A DNA stretch of 64,000 nucleotides from Blasia pusilla (Eukaryota), in assembly GCA_050084515.1 (NCBI GenBank), contig CM114271.1:15128001-15192000 (forward strand). The letters are read 5' to 3'. The notes under the pieces are model-generated. The model did no database searches, was not told the DNA's origin, and saw nothing but the letters and a program-made list of their open reading frames with translations. A program made the position numbers and the translations under genes. Shown here in pieces: positions 1-13,030 of this stretch. Each line of letters begins with the position of its first letter. The stretch's first letter is position 1.

Positions 1-987
1 TAGATGTGAGGGCCGTAACTAAACATATAAAGCCCAAAAATATAGATATGCTGAAAAATTAAGGGGTTGTCTTCCAAAATCTCCACTAATCCATTGTGGA
101 AGGGTAAGTAAGAGGAGGTGATGCCCACACTACTTTTCATTATTCAATCGGCATGGTTTTGGCTAGCTAGGAGATAACTTTGTGGTGGGATTCTCATACC
201 AACGGGGATCTTAACTTCAAAGTTTGTCTTTTTAGAAGTTTTTGGATCTTGAATCATTCGTCACTTCCAAAAATCTGTCCTTTCCTATCACTATTTTTCC
301 ATCCTGCCTAAAAAAATGTATATATTACAAAAAATTATAGATAAAAATGGAACAAAACATGGAAGCATTAATTTGAAAGAAAAGTCAATAAACGCGAAGC
401 CCAACTCTGAAAAAGAAAGAAATAAAAATAATCAGATATGCAATGGTGTGAAATCTGCTCCCTATATGAATCCCTACCAGGGTCGGTGAGGCTAGATTTT
501 TATTAGGGTTCAAGGTCAGATTAGCCTCCCCTCCTTGTACTTAAGTCCCCAACTCGCTTTGCCCTTGGCACTTATTTTCTTATCATTAATAAATAATAGT
601 AAAATAATTATTATTAAGTAATAATTGTGAAATACTCTTTTTTTAAGAACAGAAAAGACCGAAACGTCGGTGGCAGGGTCGACAGAAAGGACGTTACGGT
701 GGCGACGACGAGGCTCGGCGCTTTGTCGCTTGCTCCGTAAAGGTCCAGTTGTCACGTAGTTTGGGCAGCTTCGTGGCTTCGGGAAGACGCTCGGTCTGAA
801 GAAGAAACCGCAACAATGATGAAGAAGATTTCACGAAAAGCGGGAGGCAGGGGACGGGAATCGCTCGGCGCCGCAGCGAAAGTATCCGGTGTTCTTTTTC
901 GTATGCGTCGGCAGATGATCGCAGGAGCATCTGGAGCAGTTGGTGTGGGAGGAGGGTAGTGGAGTTTGCAGAGGAGAGTGCTGGAGA

Positions 988-1044
988 ATGTTGTTGTGTA
1001 GGCGCCCGCATGTTGTGGCGCGATGGCTGAGATCGGAGGTGTAG
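988..1044 (+). other. Upstream ORF in the DnaJ 5' leader (MLLCRRPHVVARWLRSEV*); frame open from 919
   Basis: ATG at 988, TAG at 1042-1044, in the GC-rich leader upstream of the DnaJ ATG at 1581. Confidence 0.45.
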
Positions 1045-1580
1045 GGGAGTTCGCGGGAGGAACACGGTGGTGAGGATAGAGCTGCTCGCGGGTATGTGTG
1101 ATTTGAGAATTCGTCGGTTCGCCTGTGGTGCGTAGGCGTCATCGTCGACATCTTCGTCGTGTTGGTGTGCGTGTGTGGAATAACTATGTACGTCTCCACT
1201 CTGTGCGGCTGATGCGATCTCTCGTTCTTTCTTAGCGCGAGTGAGGGTTTGATTGGATCTCCTGGTGATGCGGCTGCTCTTACGGCGAATTGGCGAGGGA
1301 GCCACTAGGAACAGGGAGTGGTCGAGAGTGCCGAGAAGTTCCGAAGCAATTTGAGTAGAGAGGACCGCAGGCGTCCTTTGGAAATGAGTTTAGGCGACGG
1401 CGTGCTGAATTGTGCTGTTATTGTTGTTGATGTTGGTGGTGGTGGTGGACAGTTGACAGTAGAGGACTTTGGACTGGATGAGCGGGATTCCTCCACGCTG
1501 AAGGCGGTCATGGTTGGGAATATTGTTCGGACTCCTCTCGCGGTGATGAACTGACAGGAGAAACTTAGGTCGACGCTGAC

Positions 1581-4474
1581 ATGGGCTGGGAGAATGGCGG
1601 CGAGTCTAGCTGCCGCGGTTTGAATCTGGTCTCCGACGGTGAAAAGGTAGGCCTCGTGACGTGCTCTATGCCGTGAAGAAATTGTGGCTGGATGGGATTT
1701 CTTTGCAATCCGGTGGCAGAGAAAGGGGCATGAACATCCCCTGGCGACGTGCCTTGTCTAGAATCATACGGAGCATGTTTACAGATTTTCACCATTACTC
1801 GGTGCCTTTTTTCTCTCTTAATAGAGCTGACTTGACTTGACACAACACATCGGGTGGTACAAGTGGCGCAGTCTGAGAATTTAGAATCGTTACCGGAAGC
1901 CATTGTCGACCTGCTAGGAATTTATAAGACGTGTGCGACCGCGCGATGAAGAGGGTGTTGATGGGATTAGGTTTTTCTATAGCATTGACAACCTGGTCTT
2001 GCAACGGAAACGAATAGAATACCTACGAGATAAGGGTCGTGGTAGTGGCCAGAGTATTTCTTTGTCTCGAGGTCGGGAATGTAGTTGCTTCCAATACGCA
2101 ACAGATTTTACTCCCACGAAATAGTCCAAGTTCTGGAGAAGCCGCTTCGTACAAGACAAGAGGTGTGTCATGGAGTGGATTTCCAAAGCGTGGACGGAGA
2201 TTTCCGCAAGGAAACTGCGGGGGTCCTCCTTAGCGTGGTTACTCTGCTCCCGGCTGTCCTTCTCCTTCTAGTTTTGCAACGATTCGAGTACAATCAACCT
2301 TCCCAGCCTTGCTTGGATCTGCAAGGAGTTTCCAACGTCTCCTGATTTGGGATTTAGAATCTGTCTGCCGAGCGTATTGGTTAGGTGAGATGAAGGGGTC
2401 CCTTCACTTACTGTCAAACCATTCTCCCCCTTCACGTAATCCAGAGGTGTTTCAGGTGTGCGTTGTGCCACTCTATTCGAACGGCATGATTTTGATATCC
2501 TTTGACACGTACCCATCTGTCCTACCAATCTTGAGTTCTGGAAGTGAGGAGATTCCTGTTGGAAAGGTTGTGTTGTTGTGGCAGTCCACTCACTTGATTG
2601 TAGCGGTTGGTGTAATCATATGGAGGCTGGCAACACTGGTTTGGCCCTGATGGTACTTGCTCAACGGATTTGGGAAAGTTCGTGTGGCCTGCACTTCTGT
2701 TTTACTACGTTTCTGTGCTTCTGTCTCAGCTTAGGTAGTGACTGGATTTGAAAGCTTCATGGTCATGGAGTAGATATCATCAATTGGTCTTTATCATTTT
2801 CATTGATAGAAAGAGCTCATATTGGCGGGCTACGCTCGAATTCTGTTGCACTGCTTGCTTAAGATTTTTCTTCCATGCGATAAGATCCTTCAACCTACAG
2901 TGAACCCGTTGAAGACTTCTCCCTGAGTTAGACAGATTCTTATGGCCCAGTATCACTCCTCCAGCACTGAGTGCAGCAGCTTGGTGTTATTATCTCACTG
3001 TACATTCGGCTGTGTTTGCTCAGGACTTCTACAAGGTTTTGGGAGTGAACTATGATGCAACCGACGATTCAATTCGCAGTAACTATCTGCGTCTGGCCCT
3101 GGTAAGTGCATCGTCTTTGTGTCTGGTCCTAGGTTTTAGAAAGGAAAAGAGAATCAACCCATGTTTACTCCCAAAATTATGTCCACCGTTTGAGTAAGTC
3201 TCACGAGACAAAATTGGGATGTGTTGTATGTTGCCAGAAGTGGCATCCAGATAAGCACATTGGCGAGGATGGAGCTACCCTGAAGTTCCAAGAGATCAAT
3301 GAAGCATATCGAGGTGCGCTTATGAGCACCATGTTAATATGTGTTTTGCCATGAATCTGCAGAGTGTGTTGCTCAACACCAATTGCCAAGTTGAAAGCAA
3401 ACTAAAGCAAGGGATGAGTGTGTGTTCAGGCAATTGTGTTGTGGCTATCTAAACTGGAGCATATCCCCGCTCAGTTCCAGGAAGAAACAAGCATAGGATA
3501 TGTGGAGCAATACTTTTTGAGCAGTACTTAGTTTTGGATGCTCTACTATAAACCATGCAACTGAGTTTATTCAATTTAAAGCTCGTTTGGTAACAAAGTT
3601 GATCTGTGTGCTCTGTGTCAGTCTTAAGTGATCCTGCAAAGCGTCTTGACTATGACATGAGAGGAGATTTCGTCCAGGAGTACACCATTATGGTAAGCCC
3701 ATGTTTTTCTTATTGTGGAGAGCCAAGATACATAAATGATATGGACTGTTGAACAGACTATGGTCATCTTGAAACATTTTCTCATTGGCTTAGATATTCA
3801 CAGTAGAAAGAGCTACAGTCTACTCGAAAATGGCTGAGCTAATATCACCAATAGCCACATGTGTAATAAGATTTTGCAGCCATAACTCAGGTGAAGTATC
3901 TAAAAGAGCTATTTGGCTGAAACTCAGAAATTCGAGATTTGTGGTTCATTTCATAAGCCCTCAAAGCAAAATTGCCCCTTGTTTTGTTTAGTGATTTCTT
4001 TTCTTCCTCCTCCTGCATCCACCCCAGTCAGTAGCACAGCTCAACCAGAGTGCAAGGTTGATGGCATGAAGGCTTTGTTGGGAAGTACTTTATAAGTTTT
4101 GTGGAAGGAATCTCTGGAGTGCTCAAATTAGCAAGTTGCTGACAAGGAGGAAAGTTACGACTCTTTTAATCTTAAGGGTCTGTCGGCGTTCCTGTGTCTT
4201 GCAGGAATATTTGAATCGATTCAAGGGTTTGATCTTGACATGCAATGGCTTAGGTATCAGTAATCATCAACAAACTAAGTGGTATGGGTTTTCTCCATGA
4301 TCCTAAAGGTTTTTCGTTGAAATTCAGACAGTGCTGTTCATGTTATTGTCGGAGTGGGTCGAGAAAATTAAAAAGTGTCTTCTACCCTCCTTTTTTTTGA
4401 GCTAGAGTACAACATTTTTTTTTATGTGCAGGGCGCCACACACCTTGCGGGTTGGCCGTGAGTCATCACATTGA
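1581..4474 (+). CDS. Small DnaJ/Hsp40 J-domain protein (At2g33735/At1g72416-like), 6 exons: 1581-1646, 3024-3101, 3238-3313, 3622-3692, 4205-4281, 4432-4474
   Basis: GT-AG splicing gives MGWENGGESSCRGLNLVSDGEK|DFYKVLGVNYDATDDSIRSNYLRLAL|KWHPDKHIGEDGATLKFQEINEAYR|VLSDPAKRLDYDMRGDFVQEYTIM|EYLNRFKGLILTCNGLGISNHQQTKW|APHTLRVGRESSH*. It has the HPD motif and the family tail EYLxRFKGLILTCNGLG. The first exon is the least certain. Confidence 0.88.
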
Positions 4475-6086
4475 ATAATTTGATGGTAAACAAATGCAAA
4501 TGCATGTGGAGCTTGTACCAATAGTGTACCACAGGACAATTTATCACTCCCTAGGCCGTCCCAGATGTAGGTGACTAACTAAGCACCTATACAAGGAATA
4601 ACTCATGTAAGATAGTCGTTGGATAAATTCTACAACGCAAGCATTGAGGCGGATCCTTATATGTCATTCAACAGAGATTAATCTTGGAGCACATGGGAGA
4701 CCAAGCCAACAGGAGACATCTGTGAGCTCATACATGAAGGAAGAACTGTGCTAATTGTGCGCCGTAGAGTTCCTGCAAATGTCCCATTGCAATTATTTTA
4801 GAGGCATCTCGAACCTTTTGTAGAACTACTGATTAAGTGAACAATATGGGTGGCTCTGAATGCAAGAGATGCCCCAAAATATGGGACCAGATATCCTCAG
4901 TGGTAGAGTCAAATCTAAAGTACAGAAGGGCAATATCAGTCTCAGGAAACCAGTAAGTTGCTGGTAATATGTGAGGACTCAGAATTCACTCTGTTAGAAC
5001 AATCTCCTCGCAAGATGGTGGTAAATGGAAGGGTCTATGGCTGGTGGGGTCAGTTCTCAGCCAGCCCCTTCCCTATGTTAGCACGGCGCCTGTGTCGATG
5101 GTATTAGTGCTTTTTAGAATCACACGGGCACAATATTGGGGGCAAGAATATAGGTTGTGTGTATGTTGCATGTGACATAATGATTGGCCCTGCTCGGTAA
5201 TGTAAACATCTGTGACTCACTCCATCTATCTTTCCTTCTGCACAACATCAATGGATGCTGTAGGCATATATTGACCAGAAGGTGGCGGTGACCAGTACAG
5301 TTGCAAGGAGATTCTTGAACAAGTGGAAGGCTGACTAGGAACTTTCTATGTTAACTGAGTATATAGGCTAATACAATATTTTATCCCTTGACCTCAAACT
5401 GAATATTGCATGATGTGTCCAGCCAGTACGACAGGGTGGCTGGATTTGGACCTTTCATTTGAGGGTTTGGTTTATACTGGACACAAACTATCATAGTGAT
5501 ATGGCTCTTGAAATGTTTGGTTGATTGTGGGTTGACACTTGCTCCACGACTAATATCTCTGGTGGATTATATCCCTGCTTCAATGCCAAAGATTTTCTGG
5601 GGCCAGATCCCAGTGTTGTCCTTGTTTGTACACGCGCGCACCATGCCTGCCAGACTTTGCCTCTGGAATGGATTGTGGCGCGAGTTTCGTACTTGAAGAA
5701 CTGGTACTATATTCTTCTTATCCGTTCATTTGCAGTCAGGCAGTCTTGCCTGAACACTCCAGTAGAGAGTGACTATCTAGAACTTTCTTGATGCAGCAGT
5801 TGGAATCTGAAGAACTATAACATACTTATCAGATGGTGAAGTCATCTAAAGTTTCCTGTGTCTGTTAACATCTCATGGATATGAGGCGCCACAGTTCAGC
5901 ATTTGGAGATACTGCAGACAATGGAAGATTGCATTCCTGGTTGCGTACTGGAACTATGGCGGCTAAAGGTGATTTGTACATTCTATACAAATGTTCATCT
6001 ATCTATGGATTCTTGCTCATGCAGGGCTCCTTGGAGACACGAGCTGGACACTATAATTGCTGTCACAACGAGTGTGATATACGCAT

Positions 6087-6170
6087 ATGGATCCACTCAT
6101 TGCCAACAGTCCTTCATGGATCCACTCATTGCCAACAGTCCTTCATGGATCCACCCATTGCCAACAATTC
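6087..6170. repeat. 29-bp tandem repeat, about 3 copies (ATGGATCCACTCATTGCCAACAGTCCTTC)
   Basis: Two identical copies at 6087 and 6116, then a diverged partial copy at 6145. Confidence 0.9.
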
Positions 6171-6599
6171 GCAGTGTTCATAAACATCATCAATTTACTA
6201 ATTATTCTCTATGAACAATCAATACTTGGAATCATAGAGACTTGTGAAGGAGGAGGAGAAGTTATTTGCCTGAATTCCTTGAGTAGATCTCTAAACACAA
6301 AGGAATTGCCCAAGTGCTTGGGGAGGAAAGATTGACCTTTCAAATATGTCTTCATGGGTGCCCCAAGTGGTGCTCCTGCAGCCATGTGCTTTGATTGGGG
6401 TGCCATAATAAATGGTAAATGGTAAATATATCAAACTAGTGAGACCTTAAAGAGTCAAAAAGTTACAAAATCATATTACAAATTATTCATTCATTGATTC
6501 GGAAAAAAATCTTAGAGACCTCTTAGTTAGTGCCTAGAGTACTTGAACGATGAATAATGACATCTATAATGTAACATCTTAAATCATAAGACACTAGTA

Positions 6600-8800
6600 A
6601 TAATAAAAAATAGAAATTCTTCACATTTATTTTATGAGTTAGTCTAATTTCTTCATACCTTGGACATGTAACAAACACATGCTCTTCATCCTCAATACTC
6701 TCTCCGTCACATAACTTATAGATTCGTTCACTTCTATCAATATTATGTCATCATCCTTCCTCAATTCCTAGTCTATGAGACCCAATTCTATGTCATGCGA
6801 TAATATGACGTAAAAACGTGGAGATCCCCGTAAGAAGGTATCCTTGTTCACAATATACAAGCATAGGATTAACATGAAGTTGATAATATTCTATTTTGGT
6901 GCCTGCACTCCTCCAAATGATGTTGAGAAATTGCTTCTGTAGATGTTCGTGGAGTGTCATCGGTTTTAAGCCCCAATCTCGTTGCACCACATTCCACTTT
7001 GAAGACCAAGTCACCACATCCACAATCCACCCTATGGAACATGTGGCTTACAAAGCTGGATGACGGAGGCGAGAAACATCAAGAGATCTCACCCTTGCGA
7101 TATAAGTGATGGTCAAGTAGAGAACTTCAGCCTCTAGAAGAAGACAACCTGTTTCTGCAAGAAGAATGACATAAGGAGTTTGGTTTCTTACACCCAATTC
7201 TTGTTATAGAAAGATCTTTTGTACCCTCTCCACACGCTCCCAACATGTCTTCTTACTACTAAGGTCCCAAACTTGGGTCCCATATAAGATCATCGGCAAT
7301 ACTAAGCTCATAAATAAGAACTTCTTAAGACCCCATGATATAAGATAAGCTCTTCTACACCGATTTAAAAATGAATATACAACTTTGTAACCAACTTCTA
7401 TTCTCTTTTGCACGCAAAGTATCCAACTATAGTCATGAGAGAAATCAATGTTTATATATTTGTAACTCTTCACTTGTTCTAATTGTAGACTTTTGTAAAA
7501 GAACGAGAACTTGGATCTCGTACCCACTATAATGACTTTAGACTTCTCCATATTAACCTCCATCTGATTCTGGGTACAAAAACTTGCCAAAGTGTCGAGG
7601 TGTTTTTGTAAACTAATGTCATAACGTTCTGATAATATGATATAATCTGCATACAATAGAGCTTTGATGACAAAGTCTCCAAGCTTGACACCTTCACTAT
7701 CATATTCCTCCAACCACTTTTCGATATCATCTATGAAAACTCCAAAGAGTGCAGGGGAGAAGAGGCAACCTTGATAGTACTTAAGATCTCTTGAGTTTGT
7801 GAATCTTTGATCTTGGCTCGAACAGAATGGTACAACGTGGCCACGGCAACAAGGAGATTTGGTGGTACCCCAATGGATTGCAACCTATCCCATAAGAGCT
7901 TACGAGGTATGGTATAAAAAGCTTTGTTGAAATCTATGAAATTGCAAAATAAAGCTTTCCCATTGCCCTTAGATTTCTCCCATAAAACACGTAAGACCAA
8001 GATATGATCGATGGTGTTGTACGTTGGGCGAAAACCAACTTGGACCCGTGCTCTCTTTTAGAAAGACTTTGTCCATACGCTCAACTTTGATTTCACCAAT
8101 TTCCCAAACAGCTTGGCAAAGACACTACCCACCATGATAGTGCAATAGTTTGTCACCAAATCCTTCCTTCTTGATTTGTGAATAGGAACAATCTTCCATA
8201 GCGACCAAGTACAAGGAAAACCATAGATAGTAGCATCATCCAATACTTTGGTGAGGATCGGTCTGATAGAATCTCCTCCCCACTTGAGAAGTTCAACCGA
8301 AAGGCCATCCAAATCCTCGCATTTGCCATTTGCTAATCTTCTTAGTTTAGTCATCACCTCTTCTTCAAAGAATAAGCCTGGTATGCCTCCATAACGTGGC
8401 ATAGATGTAGCATGGGGAAAGAAGTAGAGCTTTTCAATAAAAGATATCAAAGACTTTGAATAAAGAGTAGGTTTTGAAGATTGTACTACTAACCGTCTCT
8501 AGAATGATTTGGGGTCGTCATGGAGTTCCCTTCTTAAGGACTCTTGCTTCCGCTGTAAGAAAGCTCGTTTCTGGGATTTCACCAAGTGTTTGTAAAGGCT
8601 TGTCATGATTAGATGACTTTGGATATCCAAAGATTTGTCTGCTGATCTTAACCTTGCTTGTTTGCATTCAAAGTCAAACCACCCATTACAAGGCAACCTC
8701 CTAGCACTTCTAACCCTGAAAGACTTCATCAACATACCAAATTAGAGGTGCACTATTGAAATTTTAAGACGACCAAACCTCTCAACCGAAGATTTGGACG
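6600..8800 (-). mobile_element. Decayed non-LTR retrotransposon (LINE, RTE-X-like) ORF2: reverse transcriptase plus C-terminal CCHC finger
   Basis: Minus-strand fragments IVPIHKSRRKDLVTNYCTIMVGSVFAKLF, GFRPTYNTIDHI, FIDFNKAFYTIPRKLLWDRL, LLYADYIIL (YADD-like) and LEQVKSYKYINIDF, plus LCDGESIEDEEHVFVTCPRY near 6650-6715. Many stops and frameshifts. Boundaries approximate. Confidence 0.9.
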
Positions 8801-11089
8801 TATGCAAACACACTCCATAATATGACCCATCTATGAATTAATACATACAATCATCAAATGAAAGAATGTCAATGGGAACTAAAAACTCCCAAGGAAAACC
8901 TCTATTATAGCATTGTCACTCTTTTGTCATTTTGACTTCTATTGACTCCTAAAGACTTCAAGAGTAGCAAGGAATTCAAAGCCCAAAGTTGCACACGCAT
9001 GTTAGAAAGTAAAAAATCAGGCGAGGGACGTGCATAGGAAATTCATTATAAAGTAGTGCTTTTCATAGTCTCTTGCCTTGATTCAAATGAATAATTAATA
9101 AATTGAGTACCATCTAAGAGGAGGAAGACTCTCTCATATGAGTGTGAGTGTTGACCATATAAAGTGTTCGTGGAGAGCTTCAAGGTTTCAAACAAGAAGC
9201 AATTTACTTTATTTCAAGTTGTTAATTGTGTAGGCTCCTTGAGTTAGTTTCTTCCCTCCTCCTCTACTTGGGATGTTGTTGCCTTTATTTGTCCTCTTTT
9301 GAGGTTTGTTTTTATAATAGAATAGATTCTACTTTACTTTGCTATCTACCTTATTTGGTTGGCATACCTGATATGGTGTACTTACCTATGCAACAACTTT
9401 GTGCGATAATATAGGCTATTAAATATGTTCACCATATAAGTATTGGTTAAATATCCATAGATCATGATCCCATCAAGTTCCACCTTCAGAAGTTGCATGA
9501 CCACTCAATGTACATGGTGCATAACAGACTCAGCTCTTGGGATGTGGACCTAAGAATATTTTTCTGAAAGATCACAACTTCGAAATTATTGGGATACTCT
9601 GGGAGGCTTGGAAATATTATTACAGACAAGTCTGATGAGGAGATCAAGCTTAGGCATGGAAAGTTGGGTATGGCAACAAGTCAAAGAGAAATACATGTTG
9701 GATAATCGATTCCATCCATAACCTATGGAGAATACGATACTTACAGTCCTCCACTTTGAGCAAGGGTGCTCAAAGTGGCCGTTCCCATAGTGCACCGGGT
9801 TTTTATGAATGCCCACGGCTGCATGACTCCAATGGTAAGTTTGCTGATATGGGTTCTTGGACTTGGTGGTGGATTTTATGAGGGCGAACTTCTATGGTAA
9901 TATAGTAATGGTGGTACTTTCCTTAGATACATGTCTTAGCTTTCATTGAGATCTCACTTGTGTACTCCATTTTCACCATCTTCCACATTCATAACCAAAT
10001 GTTGTATCCAGGTCCTCTGATTTTTGGACGCATTCCCATGCACCATAAAGAAGCACAAGTTGTGGTAAAAATTATAAAGAACACAAAAAATTTCAAGTAA
10101 GGTGGATCCCTTCTTGTTTTTAACACTTCCATTGGTTACTTCATACGCAACCAACTTGGATTGGTAGAATTGTCAAGAGAGATCCAGTTTTTAATGGAAA
10201 AGAAATCTCAAAAGAGGAGAGAAAAAGGCAATAGCATCCCAAGAAGGGAAGTAGGAAAGAATGCAAAAAGAAATGCAAAAGGAAAATGGTGACAAACCAA
10301 CACAAGGACCGTCTAAAAAAGGCATGTAATTAATAGTTTGAAACAAATTTGACATCAACATAGAGGTTGGTTAGATGTAAATGGAGGGCGAGATGAGTCA
10401 AGAGTGGTTGACAACCATTTCGATTTGATAAATCAACACCAATTCTTATGCATAGTATAATGTTATCGAGATGTAGTGTAGAAAATAAGTAGTGATATAG
10501 GGGGAGAGAGAGAGAGAGAGACTATGAGAAGGGACAATTTTAGAATTATGAGGTTAGAAATACCAGATGTTGCTCTTTGCATTGTGATTTTTTCCCAAGT
10601 GGCTCGTTAGGGATAGGAGGTTTCATCCCCATTATCACACAAGGTGCTATACTTTAGTTGCGATCACGTGTTTGAGGTTTTATGGTTCCAAGGGATCTTT
10701 TGGTCCATAACTTCAACTTCATGAATGCCCTCAAACAATGGTTCGTGCAAGTAGTTCTTCACCTTTGCTTGTTCAAGATACACAATCAAAAGAGAAGTGT
10801 TAAGCATTTTCATGACTTTCTCAATATTGTTTTAGTATGAAGACCCTCCTATTGTATTTCCTTGGTTATGGTCTAAAAAGACTTTGATATAACAACAAGA
10901 GTTTTACCCACCACACTTCTATTCCATTCTAAGGGTATTGTGTGATCAAGTGAAGTAGCCCTAATACCACTACATAAAAAGAGGCAATATTAATGAATGG
11001 AGGCATAAGATTTGGATGTTCAAAGCTTGTCGATTTTGAGCCTTGTAGCATGGGCTCCACATTATTCTTCACTAATCTACTTTTCATAT

Positions 11090-12356
<1,267 letters not shown>

Positions 12357-12397
<41 letters not shown>
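12357..12397. repeat. (CT)n microsatellite
   Basis: CT run directly after the LINE fragment. Confidence 0.95.
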
Positions 12398-12402
<5 letters not shown>

Positions 12403-13030
12403 TCTCCTTTGTATCCCGATGGGTTTTCCATCCAAGTTTATATTCAAGACTTTGCTTTAAAAAAAAACCTTAAGAGGATGATAACATTTTAAGAAGGGAT
12501 ATAACCAAGAAAGGCATAATGAAATGCAAAAAGAAAGTATAATGAGCCTCAAATGTGAATGGACGAGGAATTAAACCACCCCCAACTATTTCGGATGTAT
12601 CAATGCCAAAACTATCAAAACTTGTGCTCTATGTAACGTTTAAAATGCTTGGCCCAAAATAAATAGTGAGGATATGTTTTCAAACACACTTGTAAACAAA
12701 AAAACAAATCGTTTGTTTTGGTGCCGCTTACACCAAAATGTGATTCCATATGGTTTCCTTGTGCCAAAGGGCATGTGAATGAGCGTAGCCTGCACTCGGG
12801 AAAAGCTTAGGATGCTCTTCAAATTTATTCGTGTCTGGCGGAGGAAGTAGAATGATGATGATGATGGATGTTGAAGTTCGCTTTTGAAGTCTGCGTGCTT
12901 GGACAGGAAACGCCATTACAATCCGCCGCTGAATCTCAATGGATTCCTGTCCGTCCCTGTGAACGCTCGCCGTCTGCGATCGGAAGGAGCTCATAGAAGT
13001 CTTCGCAATCTTCCCGTCTTCTCAGAAAGG

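Noticed and set aside
694-1305. 203-aa minus-strand ORF and overlapping ORFs
   Set aside because: Low-complexity S/R/P/H-rich translation with no domain; antisense to the GC-rich DnaJ leader.
6087-6170. 29-bp repeats (and the 69-bp repeats at 18990-19620) as a CRISPR array
   Set aside because: Head-to-tail tandem copies with no unique spacers, no cas genes, and a eukaryotic context.
5263-6200. A separate gene downstream of DnaJ
   Set aside because: Some AG/GT-bounded pieces but no coherent ORF or recognisable domain; may be 3' UTR or non-coding exons.
12884-13030. TTG start for the DHQS-II ORF
   Set aside because: Eukaryotic gene; the first in-frame ATG at 13031 already gives a plausible transit peptide.
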